Shown here: in pieces, positions 17,381-26,055 of the stretch
Numbering within the stretch: the first letter of the stretch is position 1
How the letters are laid out: each line of letters starts with the position of its first letter
Assembly: GCA_017502965.1 (NCBI GenBank)
Contig: JAFVTZ010000174.1
Span: 1 to 26,055 of the forward strand
DNA: 26,055 nucleotides
DNA from: Clostridia bacterium
GTDB lineage: Bacteria > Bacillota > Clostridia > Oscillospirales > Acutalibacteraceae
Direction of reading: 5' to 3'
Made by a program: the position numbers and the translations under genes
Notes under the pieces: model-generated
Databases searched by the model: none
What the model saw: only the letters and a program-made list of their open reading frames with translations
Told to the model about the DNA's origin: nothing

Positions 17381-20155
17381 ATGAAAAAGCGAATATTGTC
17401 GGTTATGCTCGCTTTAATTGTATCTGTTTCTGTAATGAGCACCCCTGCTTTTGCACAGCAATCTGCTCAAAGCACTTCAGAACAGTCAACTGAAATTACC
17501 GCAAATCAAAACAGCAAGAATTCCTATGCCGATTATCAGTCGGAGAATACTGATAAAAAAGCAGGAGATGATGTCTGCTATGCTGTTTTGCCGCAGGATA
17601 AAATTTCAGGCGAAAGCAAAGACTTTAATTTTCAGATAAATATTAAAACCCCAGGATTATATAATCTTGAGGTTGAATACACCTGCCTTGAAGGCGGTAT
17701 TTCGGCAATCGAGCGAAAACTCCTTATAAATAACAGTCTGCTTTTTGAAGAACTTGAAGACATCAGTTTTGAACGCACCTTTGAAGACGAAACCGAAATC
17801 ACACAGGACAGTCTCGGAAATGACATAATCCCCTCTCAGATTGAAAAAAGTATATCGCAGACCAAGCGAATAAATGATATTTCGGGTTATTACAACAGAC
17901 CTTATGAATTTTATTTTGAAGCAGGCACTGTAAGTTTTTCCTTAATAGGCATCGTAGGAAATATGGAAATCACCTCAATAAAAGCAGTACCGCCTGAAAA
18001 ACTCCCCACTTACAGCGAAACAGAAAAGATTTATGAGCAAAAAGGCTACAAAGAAGCCTCAAAGCCTCTTGAAATCATACATACTGAGAATTCCTCTCTC
18101 AAATCTTCTTACACCTTAGTTCCCACAACCGACCGTTCTTCACCTATAACAAAACCTTATTCTGTATCAAAACTCAAACTGAATACTATCGGCGGTGACA
18201 GTTGGGCAACAACCGGAATGTGGCTTGAATGGAACATATCAGTTAAAGAAAGCGGACTTTACAGAATAAATTTCCACTACCGCCAGAATGTTGCAAAAGG
18301 TGTTACCGTTTTCAGAAAACTTTCTATTGACGGCGCAGTTCCTTTTGAAGAAGCCGCCGCTCTCCCCTTTGTTTACAACCGTTCTTGGAATATAGATGAA
18401 TACAATGATTACCTTTACTACCTTGAAGCGGGTGAACACACTTTAAGACTTGAATCTGTGCTTGGAGAAATGGGCGCGGTGCTGATGGAAAGTGAAGACT
18501 TTATGTATAGTCTCAACTCCCTCTACCGTGAAATTATTACCGTTACAGGCACATCTCCTGACATTTACCGCGACTATAAAATAGAAAAGCGAATTGACCG
18601 TCTGTCCGAAAGACTTTCAGGTCTTGCTGACAGCGCATACGCACTTATTAAAAAGATAAACGATATTTCAGGCGGAAAAAACAGTGTGTCTGTACTGCTT
18701 GAATCTTTTGCAGAACAACTCAAACAAATTGCAAAAGAACCGTCAGAAATCACCGAACAGTTAAGCGATTTTAAAAACAACATCATATCTCTCGGTGAAA
18801 CCATTTCTGAAATGCGCAAAACTCCGCTTGAACTTGATTATATTTACATAAGCGACCCGAAAAGTGAGTTGCCCAAAGCAAACGGCAGTTTCTGGCTTTC
18901 GGTAAAACACGAAATTTCCGCATTTTTCCTCTCTTTTATTGAGGATTACAGTTCTTTTGTGAGCGACAGCGAGGGCACAACCACCTCTATAGGAGTCTGG
19001 GTTTCAAGCGGACGCGAGCAAGCAAATATTATTAAAACACTTATAAATTCAAGTTTCACTTCTTCGGGAATTTCAGTAGACCTTAAACTTGTTCAGGGCG
19101 GTCTTTTGCAGGCAATGATAGCAGGAAACGGTCCTGATGTTGCCCTTAACCTCGGACAATCAGACCCTGTAAACTATGCACTTCGAAATGCGGTTTACGA
19201 CCTGACAAAATTCAGTGATTATATTTCTGTATCAAAGCGTTTTAATCAGGGTGCACTGACTCCGTTTACATTCAGCGGCGGTGTTTATGCTTTACCTGAA
19301 ACCGAAAGTTTTTATATGCTTTTCTACAGAAAAGATGTACTCAAAGACCTTAATATCACTCCCCCCGAGACTTGGGACGAACTTTACGGTATTCTGCCGA
19401 TACTCAGCCGTAACAATATGGAATTCGGACTGCAGTCTTCGCTTAATACTTTTGCTACCCTGCTTTATCAGAACGGCGGCGAGTTTTACCGCAGCGATGC
19501 TACGGCGAGTTCGCTTAATTCTCAGGTAGGACTTAATACATTTACACAGTGGACAGATTTTTATACATCCTATAAACTTTCTGTTTCATTCGATTTTGCA
19601 AACCGTTTCAGAACAGGTGAAATGCCAATGGCTATTGTTGATTACACCTCTTACAATACCCTCACTGCATTTGCACCGGAACTCAGAGGTTACTGGGATT
19701 TCTGCGAAATACCCGGAAACTTTGACCCTGAAACCGGAGAAATCAACCGCACCACCGTAAATTCGGTTTCAGGAGTTTCTATCCTTGCATCTTCAGAACA
19801 TAAGGACGAAGCCTGGGAATTCCTTAAATGGTGGGTTTCTGCAAATACCCAGACAAACTATGCCACAAAAATCGAGAGTGTTCTCGGAGAATCTTCCCGT
19901 CACGCTACTGCCAACCTTGAAGCAAGACAGAATATCGGTTGGTCGGCAGAGAGTCTTAAAAAACTCAACAATCAGGCAAACTGGGTTATAGGAATACCCG
20001 AAATTGCAGGCGGATATTACACTTCCCGCAATATCACAAATGCTTTCAACAGCGTTATCAACAAGGGAACAGTTCCAAACACTACACTTAATAACTATGT
20101 CGGCGTTATAAACCGAGAAATAGAATCCAAACGCAAAGAACTTGGAATAGACTGA
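17381..20155 (+). CDS. Large (924 aa) extracellular solute-binding protein with two N-terminal CBM6/35-like domains, a coiled coil and a C-terminal sugar SBP domain
   Basis: Start moved from 17318 to the ATG at 17381 (RBS AGAAAGAGG). Sec signal MKKRILSVMLALIVSVSVMSTPAFA. CBM-like IKTPGLYNLEVEY and VKESGLYRINFHYRQ..RKLSIDG..YLEAGEHTLRLE. Helical region ~18500-18830. SBP motifs AGNGPDVAL, MLFYRKDVLKDLNITPPETWDEL, FRTGEMPMAI and EAWEFLKWW. Confidence 0.88.
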   Translation: MKKRILSVMLALIVSVSVMSTPAFAQQSAQSTSEQSTEITANQNSKNSYADYQSENTDKKAGDDVCYAVLPQDKISGESKDFNFQINIKTPGLYNLEVEYTCLEGGISAIERKLLINNSLLFEELEDISFERTFEDETEITQDSLGNDIIPSQIEKSISQTKRINDISGYYNRPYEFYFEAGTVSFSLIGIVGNMEITSIKAVPPEKLPTYSETEKIYEQKGYKEASKPLEIIHTENSSLKSSYTLVPTTDRSSPITKPYSVSKLKLNTIGGDSWATTGMWLEWNISVKESGLYRINFHYRQNVAKGVTVFRKLSIDGAVPFEEAAALPFVYNRSWNIDEYNDYLYYLEAGEHTLRLESVLGEMGAVLMESEDFMYSLNSLYREIITVTGTSPDIYRDYKIEKRIDRLSERLSGLADSAYALIKKINDISGGKNSVSVLLESFAEQLKQIAKEPSEITEQLSDFKNNIISLGETISEMRKTPLELDYIYISDPKSELPKANGSFWLSVKHEISAFFLSFIEDYSSFVSDSEGTTTSIGVWVSSGREQANIIKTLINSSFTSSGISVDLKLVQGGLLQAMIAGNGPDVALNLGQSDPVNYALRNAVYDLTKFSDYISVSKRFNQGALTPFTFSGGVYALPETESFYMLFYRKDVLKDLNITPPETWDELYGILPILSRNNMEFGLQSSLNTFATLLYQNGGEFYRSDATASSLNSQVGLNTFTQWTDFYTSYKLSVSFDFANRFRTGEMPMAIVDYTSYNTLTAFAPELRGYWDFCEIPGNFDPETGEINRTTVNSVSGVSILASSEHKDEAWEFLKWWVSANTQTNYATKIESVLGESSRHATANLEARQNIGWSAESLKKLNNQANWVIGIPEIAGGYYTSRNITNAFNSVINKGTVPNTTLNNYVGVINREIESKRKELGID

Positions 20156-20173
20156 TAGAAAGGCCGTGAAAAT

Positions 20174-21094
20174 ATGATTTCTGAAAAATTTAAAATACGA
20201 CTGAAAGAAACGGCGCATCAGGCTAAACGTGAGGGCGCAGGCTATCTGTTTATTGCCCCCTTTATGATTCTTTTCATTCTTTTCACAGTACTGCCTGTGC
20301 TGATTTCGGTTGTTCTGAGTTTTACTTATTACAATGTGCTTGAAGCCCCGAGTTTTATAGGTTGGGAAAACTACACCCGCCTTATTTTGAACGACGATGT
20401 TTTTCTGCAAGCCGTTAAAAACACCTTTGTTTATGCCTGCATAACAGGACCTGTGGGATACTTTGCAAGTTTTATTCTGGCCTGGCTTCTTTGCGAAATG
20501 GGACCTACTATAAGGTCTATTCTCGTATTCATTTTTTACATACCCTCAATGTCATCAAGTATGTATGTTATCTGGTCATACCTTTTCAGCAGCGACTCTT
20601 ACGGTTTTATAAACTCAATGCTGCTGAAAGTCGGCATAATAAATTCGCCGATACTCTGGCTTCAGAACTCAAAATACATACTTGCAATCATTATTCTTGC
20701 ATCTTTATGGATGTCACTCGGAACATCATTCCTCACCTTTGTTGCAGGTATTCAGAGTTTCGACAAAACCTTGCTTGAAGCAGGCGCTGTTGACGGTATA
20801 CGCAACCGTTTTCAGGAACTCTGGTATATCACCCTGCCCACTATGCGTCCTCAACTTATGTTCACAGCGGTAATCACTATAGCACAGGCTTTTTCGGTAT
20901 CGGATATAGCAATGAACCTTGCAGGTCTTCCCTCTGTAGAATATGCAGGTCACACAATAGTTACCCATCTTCTTGACTACGGTAACATCCGTTTTGAAAT
21001 GGGTTACGCCTGCTCTATTGCATCGGTTCTGTTTGTTATAATGATAACTGCCAATAAGTTAATAACTATGTTTATTAGGAGAATAGGTAAATGA
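20174..21094 (+). CDS. Carbohydrate ABC transporter permease (MalF/UgpA-like)
   Basis: GYLFIAPFMILF..FIGWENYTRL. EAA loop LLEAGAVDGIRNRFQELWYITLP. FEMGYACSIASVLF. About six TM helices. Confidence 0.95.
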   Translation: MISEKFKIRLKETAHQAKREGAGYLFIAPFMILFILFTVLPVLISVVLSFTYYNVLEAPSFIGWENYTRLILNDDVFLQAVKNTFVYACITGPVGYFASFILAWLLCEMGPTIRSILVFIFYIPSMSSSMYVIWSYLFSSDSYGFINSMLLKVGIINSPILWLQNSKYILAIIILASLWMSLGTSFLTFVAGIQSFDKTLLEAGAVDGIRNRFQELWYITLPTMRPQLMFTAVITIAQAFSVSDIAMNLAGLPSVEYAGHTIVTHLLDYGNIRFEMGYACSIASVLFVIMITANKLITMFIRRIGK

Positions 21095-21966
21095 AACTGA
21101 ATATTTTAAAGCGGTATCACCGAAAAAAACTCAACCGCTCAAGGGCAATGACCTTTTTCATTTATCTGGTACTTCTGCTCATTGCCTGCTTTATGAGTTT
21201 TCCTATGGTTTATGCGGTTTCAAACTCGCTTAAACCTATTGAGGAACTTTTCCTCTTTCCCCCTCGCATTTTTGTTATCAATCCAACTTTTGATAACTAT
21301 CTTGACCTTTTTGACATTATTTCAAACTCGTGGGTACCTTTTTCCCGTTATCTTTTCAATACAGTTCTTATCACAGTTATGGGTACACTCGGTCAGGTTT
21401 TCATTTCATCCCTTGCGGCTTACGGACTTGCGAAATTCAAGTTCCCCGGTGTTCAGTTCTGCTTTAACCTTATAGTGTTCTCGCTTATGTTCACCTCTAC
21501 CGTTACCGCAATTCCGAGTTACATAATAATTTCAAAACTCGGCTGGATAGACTCTTATTTACCCCTTATAGTCCCCTTTTTCCAGTCGTCACTCGGACTG
21601 TATCTTCTGAAACAGTTTATGGAATCCTCTGTACCCGATTCTCTCATAGAAGCCGCCCGAATTGACGGTGCTTCCCATTTCAGAATCTATTTCAGGATAG
21701 TTATGCCGCTTGTAAAACCCGCATGGCTTACCCTTATAATTCTCTGTGTGCAGAGTCTCTGGAACTCAACAGGCGGTGTTTATATCTACAGCGAGGAATT
21801 AAAACCTTTGCCTGTAGCCCTCAGCCAGCTTGCAACAGGCACTATTTCCCGAAGCGGAGTGAGTGCGGCAGTTTCGGTGGTTATGCTGGTAGTTCCCGTA
21901 GTTGTTTTCCTGCTTTCTCAGCGTCAGGTGCTTGAAACAATGGCAACCTCGGGTATGAAAGATTAG
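21091..21966 (+). CDS. Carbohydrate ABC transporter permease (MalG/UgpE-like)
   Basis: ATGA overlap with the upstream permease. LAAYGLAKFKFPG, EAA loop LIEAARIDGASHFRIYFRIVMPLVKP, and LKPLPVAL. Confidence 0.95.
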   Translation: MKLNILKRYHRKKLNRSRAMTFFIYLVLLLIACFMSFPMVYAVSNSLKPIEELFLFPPRIFVINPTFDNYLDLFDIISNSWVPFSRYLFNTVLITVMGTLGQVFISSLAAYGLAKFKFPGVQFCFNLIVFSLMFTSTVTAIPSYIIISKLGWIDSYLPLIVPFFQSSLGLYLLKQFMESSVPDSLIEAARIDGASHFRIYFRIVMPLVKPAWLTLIILCVQSLWNSTGGVYIYSEELKPLPVALSQLATGTISRSGVSAAVSVVMLVVPVVVFLLSQRQVLETMATSGMKD

Positions 21967-21976
21967 GGTGATAAAT

Positions 21977-24067
21977 ATGAAAAAGATTAAAAAACTTATA
22001 TGTTTTATCGTTTCGGCGATTATGCTTTTCTCTATCACCGCTTATGCCGAAACCTACCCCTCCTATAACTATCTTGCAAACGGCGAGATAACTTCTGTTC
22101 CTCAGCCTTTTGCCGTAGACGAAATTCTTTATGCCGAAAATTTCGGTGCGCTTTCTTTTGCAGGCGCAAAAGATATTTTCTGCGACAAGGACGGCAATAT
22201 ATATGTTGCCGACACTGAAAATGACAGTATAGCCGTACTTAAAAATGACGGCTCAACCGAAATAATTAAAGGTTTTACTTTAAACGGAAAAACTCAGACA
22301 TTTAATTCCCCGAGAGGAATTTGTGTTATGAACTCAAAACTCTATGTCTGCGATTATGAAAACCACAGAATTGCAATCATAGATTTAAAAACCCGTGAGG
22401 GCAGAGTTATAGAAAATGTTGTTTCCAAGATTTTGGACGAAGATTTTTCCTTTAACCCAAAGGGAGTTGCGGTTGATGAATATGACCGTGTTTACTGTGT
22501 TTCTGACGGACAGTATAACGGACTTATGGTGTTCGAAAAAGACGGCAGTTTCAGCGGATTTGTGGGAGCAAACAAAACATCTCCCAGTATCATAGACATT
22601 ATCTGGCGCAAACTTTCCACAAAGGCTCAGAAAGCACAGCAAAGTATCTCAATTCCTACAGAGTTTTCCTCTGTTACAATTGATAAGAAAAACTTTGTTT
22701 ACACTACAACCTCAACGGTTGATACATATAACCCCGAAGAATCAGAGCCTGTCAGAAAACAGAGCCCCGGCGGAGATAATATACTCAAACATTCTGCCGA
22801 CCTTTACCCCATAGGCGATATAGACTATTCTTACGATTCTGATGCTTTTTCGGGACCATCGCGTTTTTGCGATATTGCCGTCTGGGATAATATGATGTAC
22901 AGTGTTCTGGACCAGACAAGAAACCGCATTTTCACTTACGATTCAAACGGAAGTCTGCTTTTTGTTTTCGGAAGTTTCGGTGAAAACGAGGGTTATTTCC
23001 GCCAGCCTGTAGCACTTACTCTGAACAAAAACCGCCTTTATGTTCTCGACTCCAAAACAGGGGCTATAACGGTTCTTTCGCCGACAAATTATGCCGACAA
23101 ACTTATAACCGCTGTTGATTACACCTCAGAGGGAGATTACAACAGTGCACTGTCCGCCTGGTCAAATGTGCTTGAATATAACACCAACAATGAACTCGCC
23201 TACCTCAATATTTCCACCATTCTTCTCAATCAGGGTGACTATGAGGGTGCTATGGTATATGCAAAACAGGCAAACAACCAAAAGGCTTATTCAGAGGCCT
23301 TTGCTCAGGTGCGCTCAAAATTCATAGGCGAAAATATCGGCGCAATCATAATCGGTGCTATATTTGCAATAATAACCATTTTTATTCTTTATAAACTCGG
23401 CTGTAAATTCAAGGTTTTAACCCGACTTAAAAACCGCTCGAAAACCGTTGCCGCTCTCGATTACGGAAGATACATTTTATATGCTCCGTTTGACGGATTC
23501 TGGGAGCAAAAACGGGAAAAACGGGGAAATATTGCTTCGGGAATAGTTATAATGGTTTTCCTTTTCCTTAGTTTCTCTCTTGCAAGCGCATTTACGGGAT
23601 TCAGTTTCACAACCCCGAAAGACGAACTTACAGAGTTTAACCTTTTACTGGAAATCGCAAAAACAGTTCTGCCAATAGGACTCTGGTGCATTTCAAACTG
23701 GTGTATCACAGCGCTCATAGAAGGAAGCGGAAATCTTAAAGAAATATTTATTTCGACCTGTTTTGCGCTTATTCCTTACACAGTTGCAAGCCTTATTTCA
23801 ACCCTTTTAAGCCATTTCCTCACCCTTGACGAGAAACAGGTGCTCACAATTATCGTGGTTATAGGTCTTGCCTATTCTGCTTTGCTGATAATTGCCGCAA
23901 CCTGCTCGGTTCACGATTGCTCTATGGGTAAAGCGCTTGTAACCATACTGCTAACCGTTATCGGAATGGTGATTATAGTATTTATTTCGGTACTTTTCTT
24001 TAATCTTTTAAATAAATTCTTTGATTTTGCAATCAGCATTTATAACGAACTACGACTCAGAACATAA
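21977..24067 (+). CDS. NHL-repeat beta-propeller + TPR + TM + Yip1-domain fusion membrane protein (~696 aa)
   Basis: ATG at 21977 (GTG at 21968 is the alternative) and a signal peptide. NHL blades DIFCDKDGNIYVADTENDSI, FNSPRGICV..LYVCDYENHRI, FNPKGVAVDEYDRVY and FRQPVAL. TPR-like YNSALSAWSNVLEYNTNNELAYLNISTILLNQGDYEGAM. One TM, then APFDGFWEQKREKRGN and about five TM helices typical of bacterial Yip1. Confidence 0.85.
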   Translation: MKKIKKLICFIVSAIMLFSITAYAETYPSYNYLANGEITSVPQPFAVDEILYAENFGALSFAGAKDIFCDKDGNIYVADTENDSIAVLKNDGSTEIIKGFTLNGKTQTFNSPRGICVMNSKLYVCDYENHRIAIIDLKTREGRVIENVVSKILDEDFSFNPKGVAVDEYDRVYCVSDGQYNGLMVFEKDGSFSGFVGANKTSPSIIDIIWRKLSTKAQKAQQSISIPTEFSSVTIDKKNFVYTTTSTVDTYNPEESEPVRKQSPGGDNILKHSADLYPIGDIDYSYDSDAFSGPSRFCDIAVWDNMMYSVLDQTRNRIFTYDSNGSLLFVFGSFGENEGYFRQPVALTLNKNRLYVLDSKTGAITVLSPTNYADKLITAVDYTSEGDYNSALSAWSNVLEYNTNNELAYLNISTILLNQGDYEGAMVYAKQANNQKAYSEAFAQVRSKFIGENIGAIIIGAIFAIITIFILYKLGCKFKVLTRLKNRSKTVAALDYGRYILYAPFDGFWEQKREKRGNIASGIVIMVFLFLSFSLASAFTGFSFTTPKDELTEFNLLLEIAKTVLPIGLWCISNWCITALIEGSGNLKEIFISTCFALIPYTVASLISTLLSHFLTLDEKQVLTIIVVIGLAYSALLIIAATCSVHDCSMGKALVTILLTVIGMVIIVFISVLFFNLLNKFFDFAISIYNELRLRT

Positions 24068-24084
24068 ATTGGGAGGTGCGATAA

Positions 24085-26055
24085 ATGAAAACTAAATTTT
24101 TAGCCATTTTTTCGGCGGTTTGTATTATCGCAACCGCCCTTTCAGGCATAGAAACCTTTGCCGAAGAAAATATTTCTGTGGCACAGACCGATAATTTCTA
24201 TACAATGGCTGATGAAAATTTCGAATTCACCCTTTCGGGTGAAAACGGATGCTTTTCAGTTAAAGACAAAACCACAGGCAATATCTACCGCTCAAACCCT
24301 GAAAACACAGACCCGTCACTTTTGCCCGAATCCCTTTATTCACAACTGACAGTTGAATATTTCAGCGGTTCTAATCAGATATTCACCTTTAACAGTTACG
24401 AACATTCATCAAAACTCGGGAATATGAGTGTCACCGCTAAAGACGGCAAAATCGCTGTTAAATATATTCTCGGCAAAGTAACTATTGACCGCACAGTTAT
24501 CCCCAACTGCTACACCGAAAAAGATTTCAAGAAATTTCTCAGCACAAACGGGATAGACAAAAAACTCGCAGAGTCGATATATGACCTTGCCGATAAAGAA
24601 CATTACGATTATGAGGGTTTGCTCGAAAAATATCCGTTACTTAAAAAGCAGGACCTTTATGTTCTTGACGAATATGCTCCCGATTACAAGATAGAAAAAC
24701 TTTACTATCAGATGAAAGATGCGGGATTTAACTATGAGCAACTCGAAGAACATAACGAAAAATACGGTCTTGAAACCGCAGAAAACAAAAATGTTCAGAT
24801 AACCCTTACTGTTAATTACGAACTTGCAGATAGCGGCTTTAAAGCAACGGTTGACTGTGATAAAATCTCGGTTGACGGAGATGTAACACTTACTGCAATA
24901 TATCTGCTTCCCTACTGGGAAGCGGCTTTCACCACCGAAAAGGGATATATGCTCTTGCCAGACGGCAGCGGAGCGCTTATAGATTTCGGGGACTCAAACC
25001 TCAATCTGAGCGATGTTGCAATCCCGCTTTACGGTAATGACGAAGCTATAACCTCAAAGCAGAAAACCGAATATTCACAGCGCGCAACCATGCCCTTTTT
25101 CGGAATTGCAAAAGAACAGAAAGGCACCTTCGCAGTTATAGAAAAAGGCGATGCTCTGGCTACTGTTTACAGCACTCTTGGTGGACGTACAGTTCCTGTC
25201 AGCACAACCTACTGCGGATTTACACTTCGCCCTTACGAAATGATAACCCTGCAATCGGTTTCAACCAGCACATCCTATAATATCTACAGTTCAGAACAGT
25301 ATGACGGCGAAATTTCGGTCCTCTATATGCTTTTATCGGCAAACGATTCGAACTATTCGCGTATGGCGGCGATTTATCGCAATTACCTGAGCGAAAAAGG
25401 ATTTCTTAGTAAAAATCAGAATTCAGGTTATCCACTTTCGATAGAATTTTTGGGTGCTATAGGTAAACGCAAAAATTTCCTCGGAATACCTTATACCCAG
25501 ACTTATGCACTCACCACTTTTGACGATGCACTTTCGGTTATAAACCGCCTGAAAACAGGCTCATCCGAAGAAATAACCGTTAAATACACAGGTTGGTGCA
25601 ACGGGGGACTTGTTCAGAAATATGCCGATAAAATCTCCCTTGTTTCAAAACTTGGTTCTAAAAAAGAATTTGAAAGTTTTAACAATACACTTGAGGGCTG
25701 GGATATCACCTGTTATTACGGCATTAAACTCCAGCAGATAAACCACAAACTCATAAATTCGCGTGTAAACATTCTCGATAAAGGAGTTAAATGTCTTTAT
25801 AACGATGTAGCATCTAAATCTATTTTTAATCTGGCTACTATGCAGCCTATGACCGAAAAAACTTTTGAGACTAACCAGAACGAGCCTCAGAGTTATCTCT
25901 TATCACCTAAACATCTGTCTTCTTTGACCAAAAAGGCAAATAACGGATTTGAAAACTTAGGAGCACAGTACACCTCTTTTGACGATTTGGGCTCACTTCT
26001 TTATTCGGATTTCTCCAAAAAGAATTATACCGACCGCCAGAAAAGTCTTGAAAAA
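24085..26055 (+). CDS. DUF5696-like secreted protein, predicted glycoside-hydrolase-like (partial, >=657 aa, runs off the right edge)
   Basis: Not in the ORF track because no stop codon falls in the window. RBS GGGAGGTG, ATG at 24085, signal MKTKFLAIFSAVCIIATALSGIETFA. Motifs GYMLLPDGSGALIDF, YGNDEA, MPFFGI, YTGWCNGG and DDLGSLLYSDF match my recollection of DUF5696 proteins, which occur in this gene context. Confidence 0.75.
   Translation, partial: MKTKFLAIFSAVCIIATALSGIETFAEENISVAQTDNFYTMADENFEFTLSGENGCFSVKDKTTGNIYRSNPENTDPSLLPESLYSQLTVEYFSGSNQIFTFNSYEHSSKLGNMSVTAKDGKIAVKYILGKVTIDRTVIPNCYTEKDFKKFLSTNGIDKKLAESIYDLADKEHYDYEGLLEKYPLLKKQDLYVLDEYAPDYKIEKLYYQMKDAGFNYEQLEEHNEKYGLETAENKNVQITLTVNYELADSGFKATVDCDKISVDGDVTLTAIYLLPYWEAAFTTEKGYMLLPDGSGALIDFGDSNLNLSDVAIPLYGNDEAITSKQKTEYSQRATMPFFGIAKEQKGTFAVIEKGDALATVYSTLGGRTVPVSTTYCGFTLRPYEMITLQSVSTSTSYNIYSSEQYDGEISVLYMLLSANDSNYSRMAAIYRNYLSEKGFLSKNQNSGYPLSIEFLGAIGKRKNFLGIPYTQTYALTTFDDALSVINRLKTGSSEEITVKYTGWCNGGLVQKYADKISLVSKLGSKKEFESFNNTLEGWDITCYYGIKLQQINHKLINSRVNILDKGVKCLYNDVASKSIFNLATMQPMTEKTFETNQNEPQSYLLSPKHLSSLTKKANNGFENLGAQYTSFDDLGSLLYSDFSKKNYTDRQKSLEK

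Noticed and set aside
3564-17401. Identical N-terminus MKKRILS in three proteins (starts at 3584, 5990 and 17381)
   Set aside because: This is a very common clostridial signal-peptide start and the codons differ synonymously. Two of the three are paralogues, so it is not evidence of a special export route.
19793-20410. 205-aa minus-strand ORF
   Set aside because: It is antisense to two well-supported genes (SBP and permease) and has no recognisable domain.
20174-21966. No ABC ATPase gene next to the permeases
   Set aside because: This is normal for Firmicutes CUT1 importers, which share an unlinked MsmX/MsmK-type ATPase.

Overview
This window is a carbohydrate-utilisation locus from a Clostridia-like Gram-positive bacterium, judged from the AGGAG-type RBSs, lipoprotein SBP, YesN-type regulator and dockerin-like tail. 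Two operons diverge from a ~200-bp intergenic region (17184-17380). The left arm (minus strand) encodes, in order: a 1637-aa membrane-anchored repeat protein, an AraC/YesN-type response regulator with no kinase in the window, a lipoprotein sugar-binding protein, a ~1128-aa CBM + putative glycoside-hydrolase lipoprotein of unclear family, and two tandem secreted paralogues built from a repeated ~210-aa module. The second paralogue is missing from the ORF track because it runs off the window edge. It carries an in-frame LamG + metallophosphoesterase cassette that its neighbour lacks. The right arm (plus strand) encodes a 924-aa CBM-fused solute-binding protein, two CUT1-type ABC permeases, an NHL-propeller/TPR/Yip1 fusion membrane protein and a partial DUF5696-like protein. 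I saw no rRNA, tRNA, CRISPR array or transposase. One GTAG-type REP-like inverted repeat and a palindromic divergent promoter or operator were found. All domain calls come from reading motifs by eye; no database searches were run.
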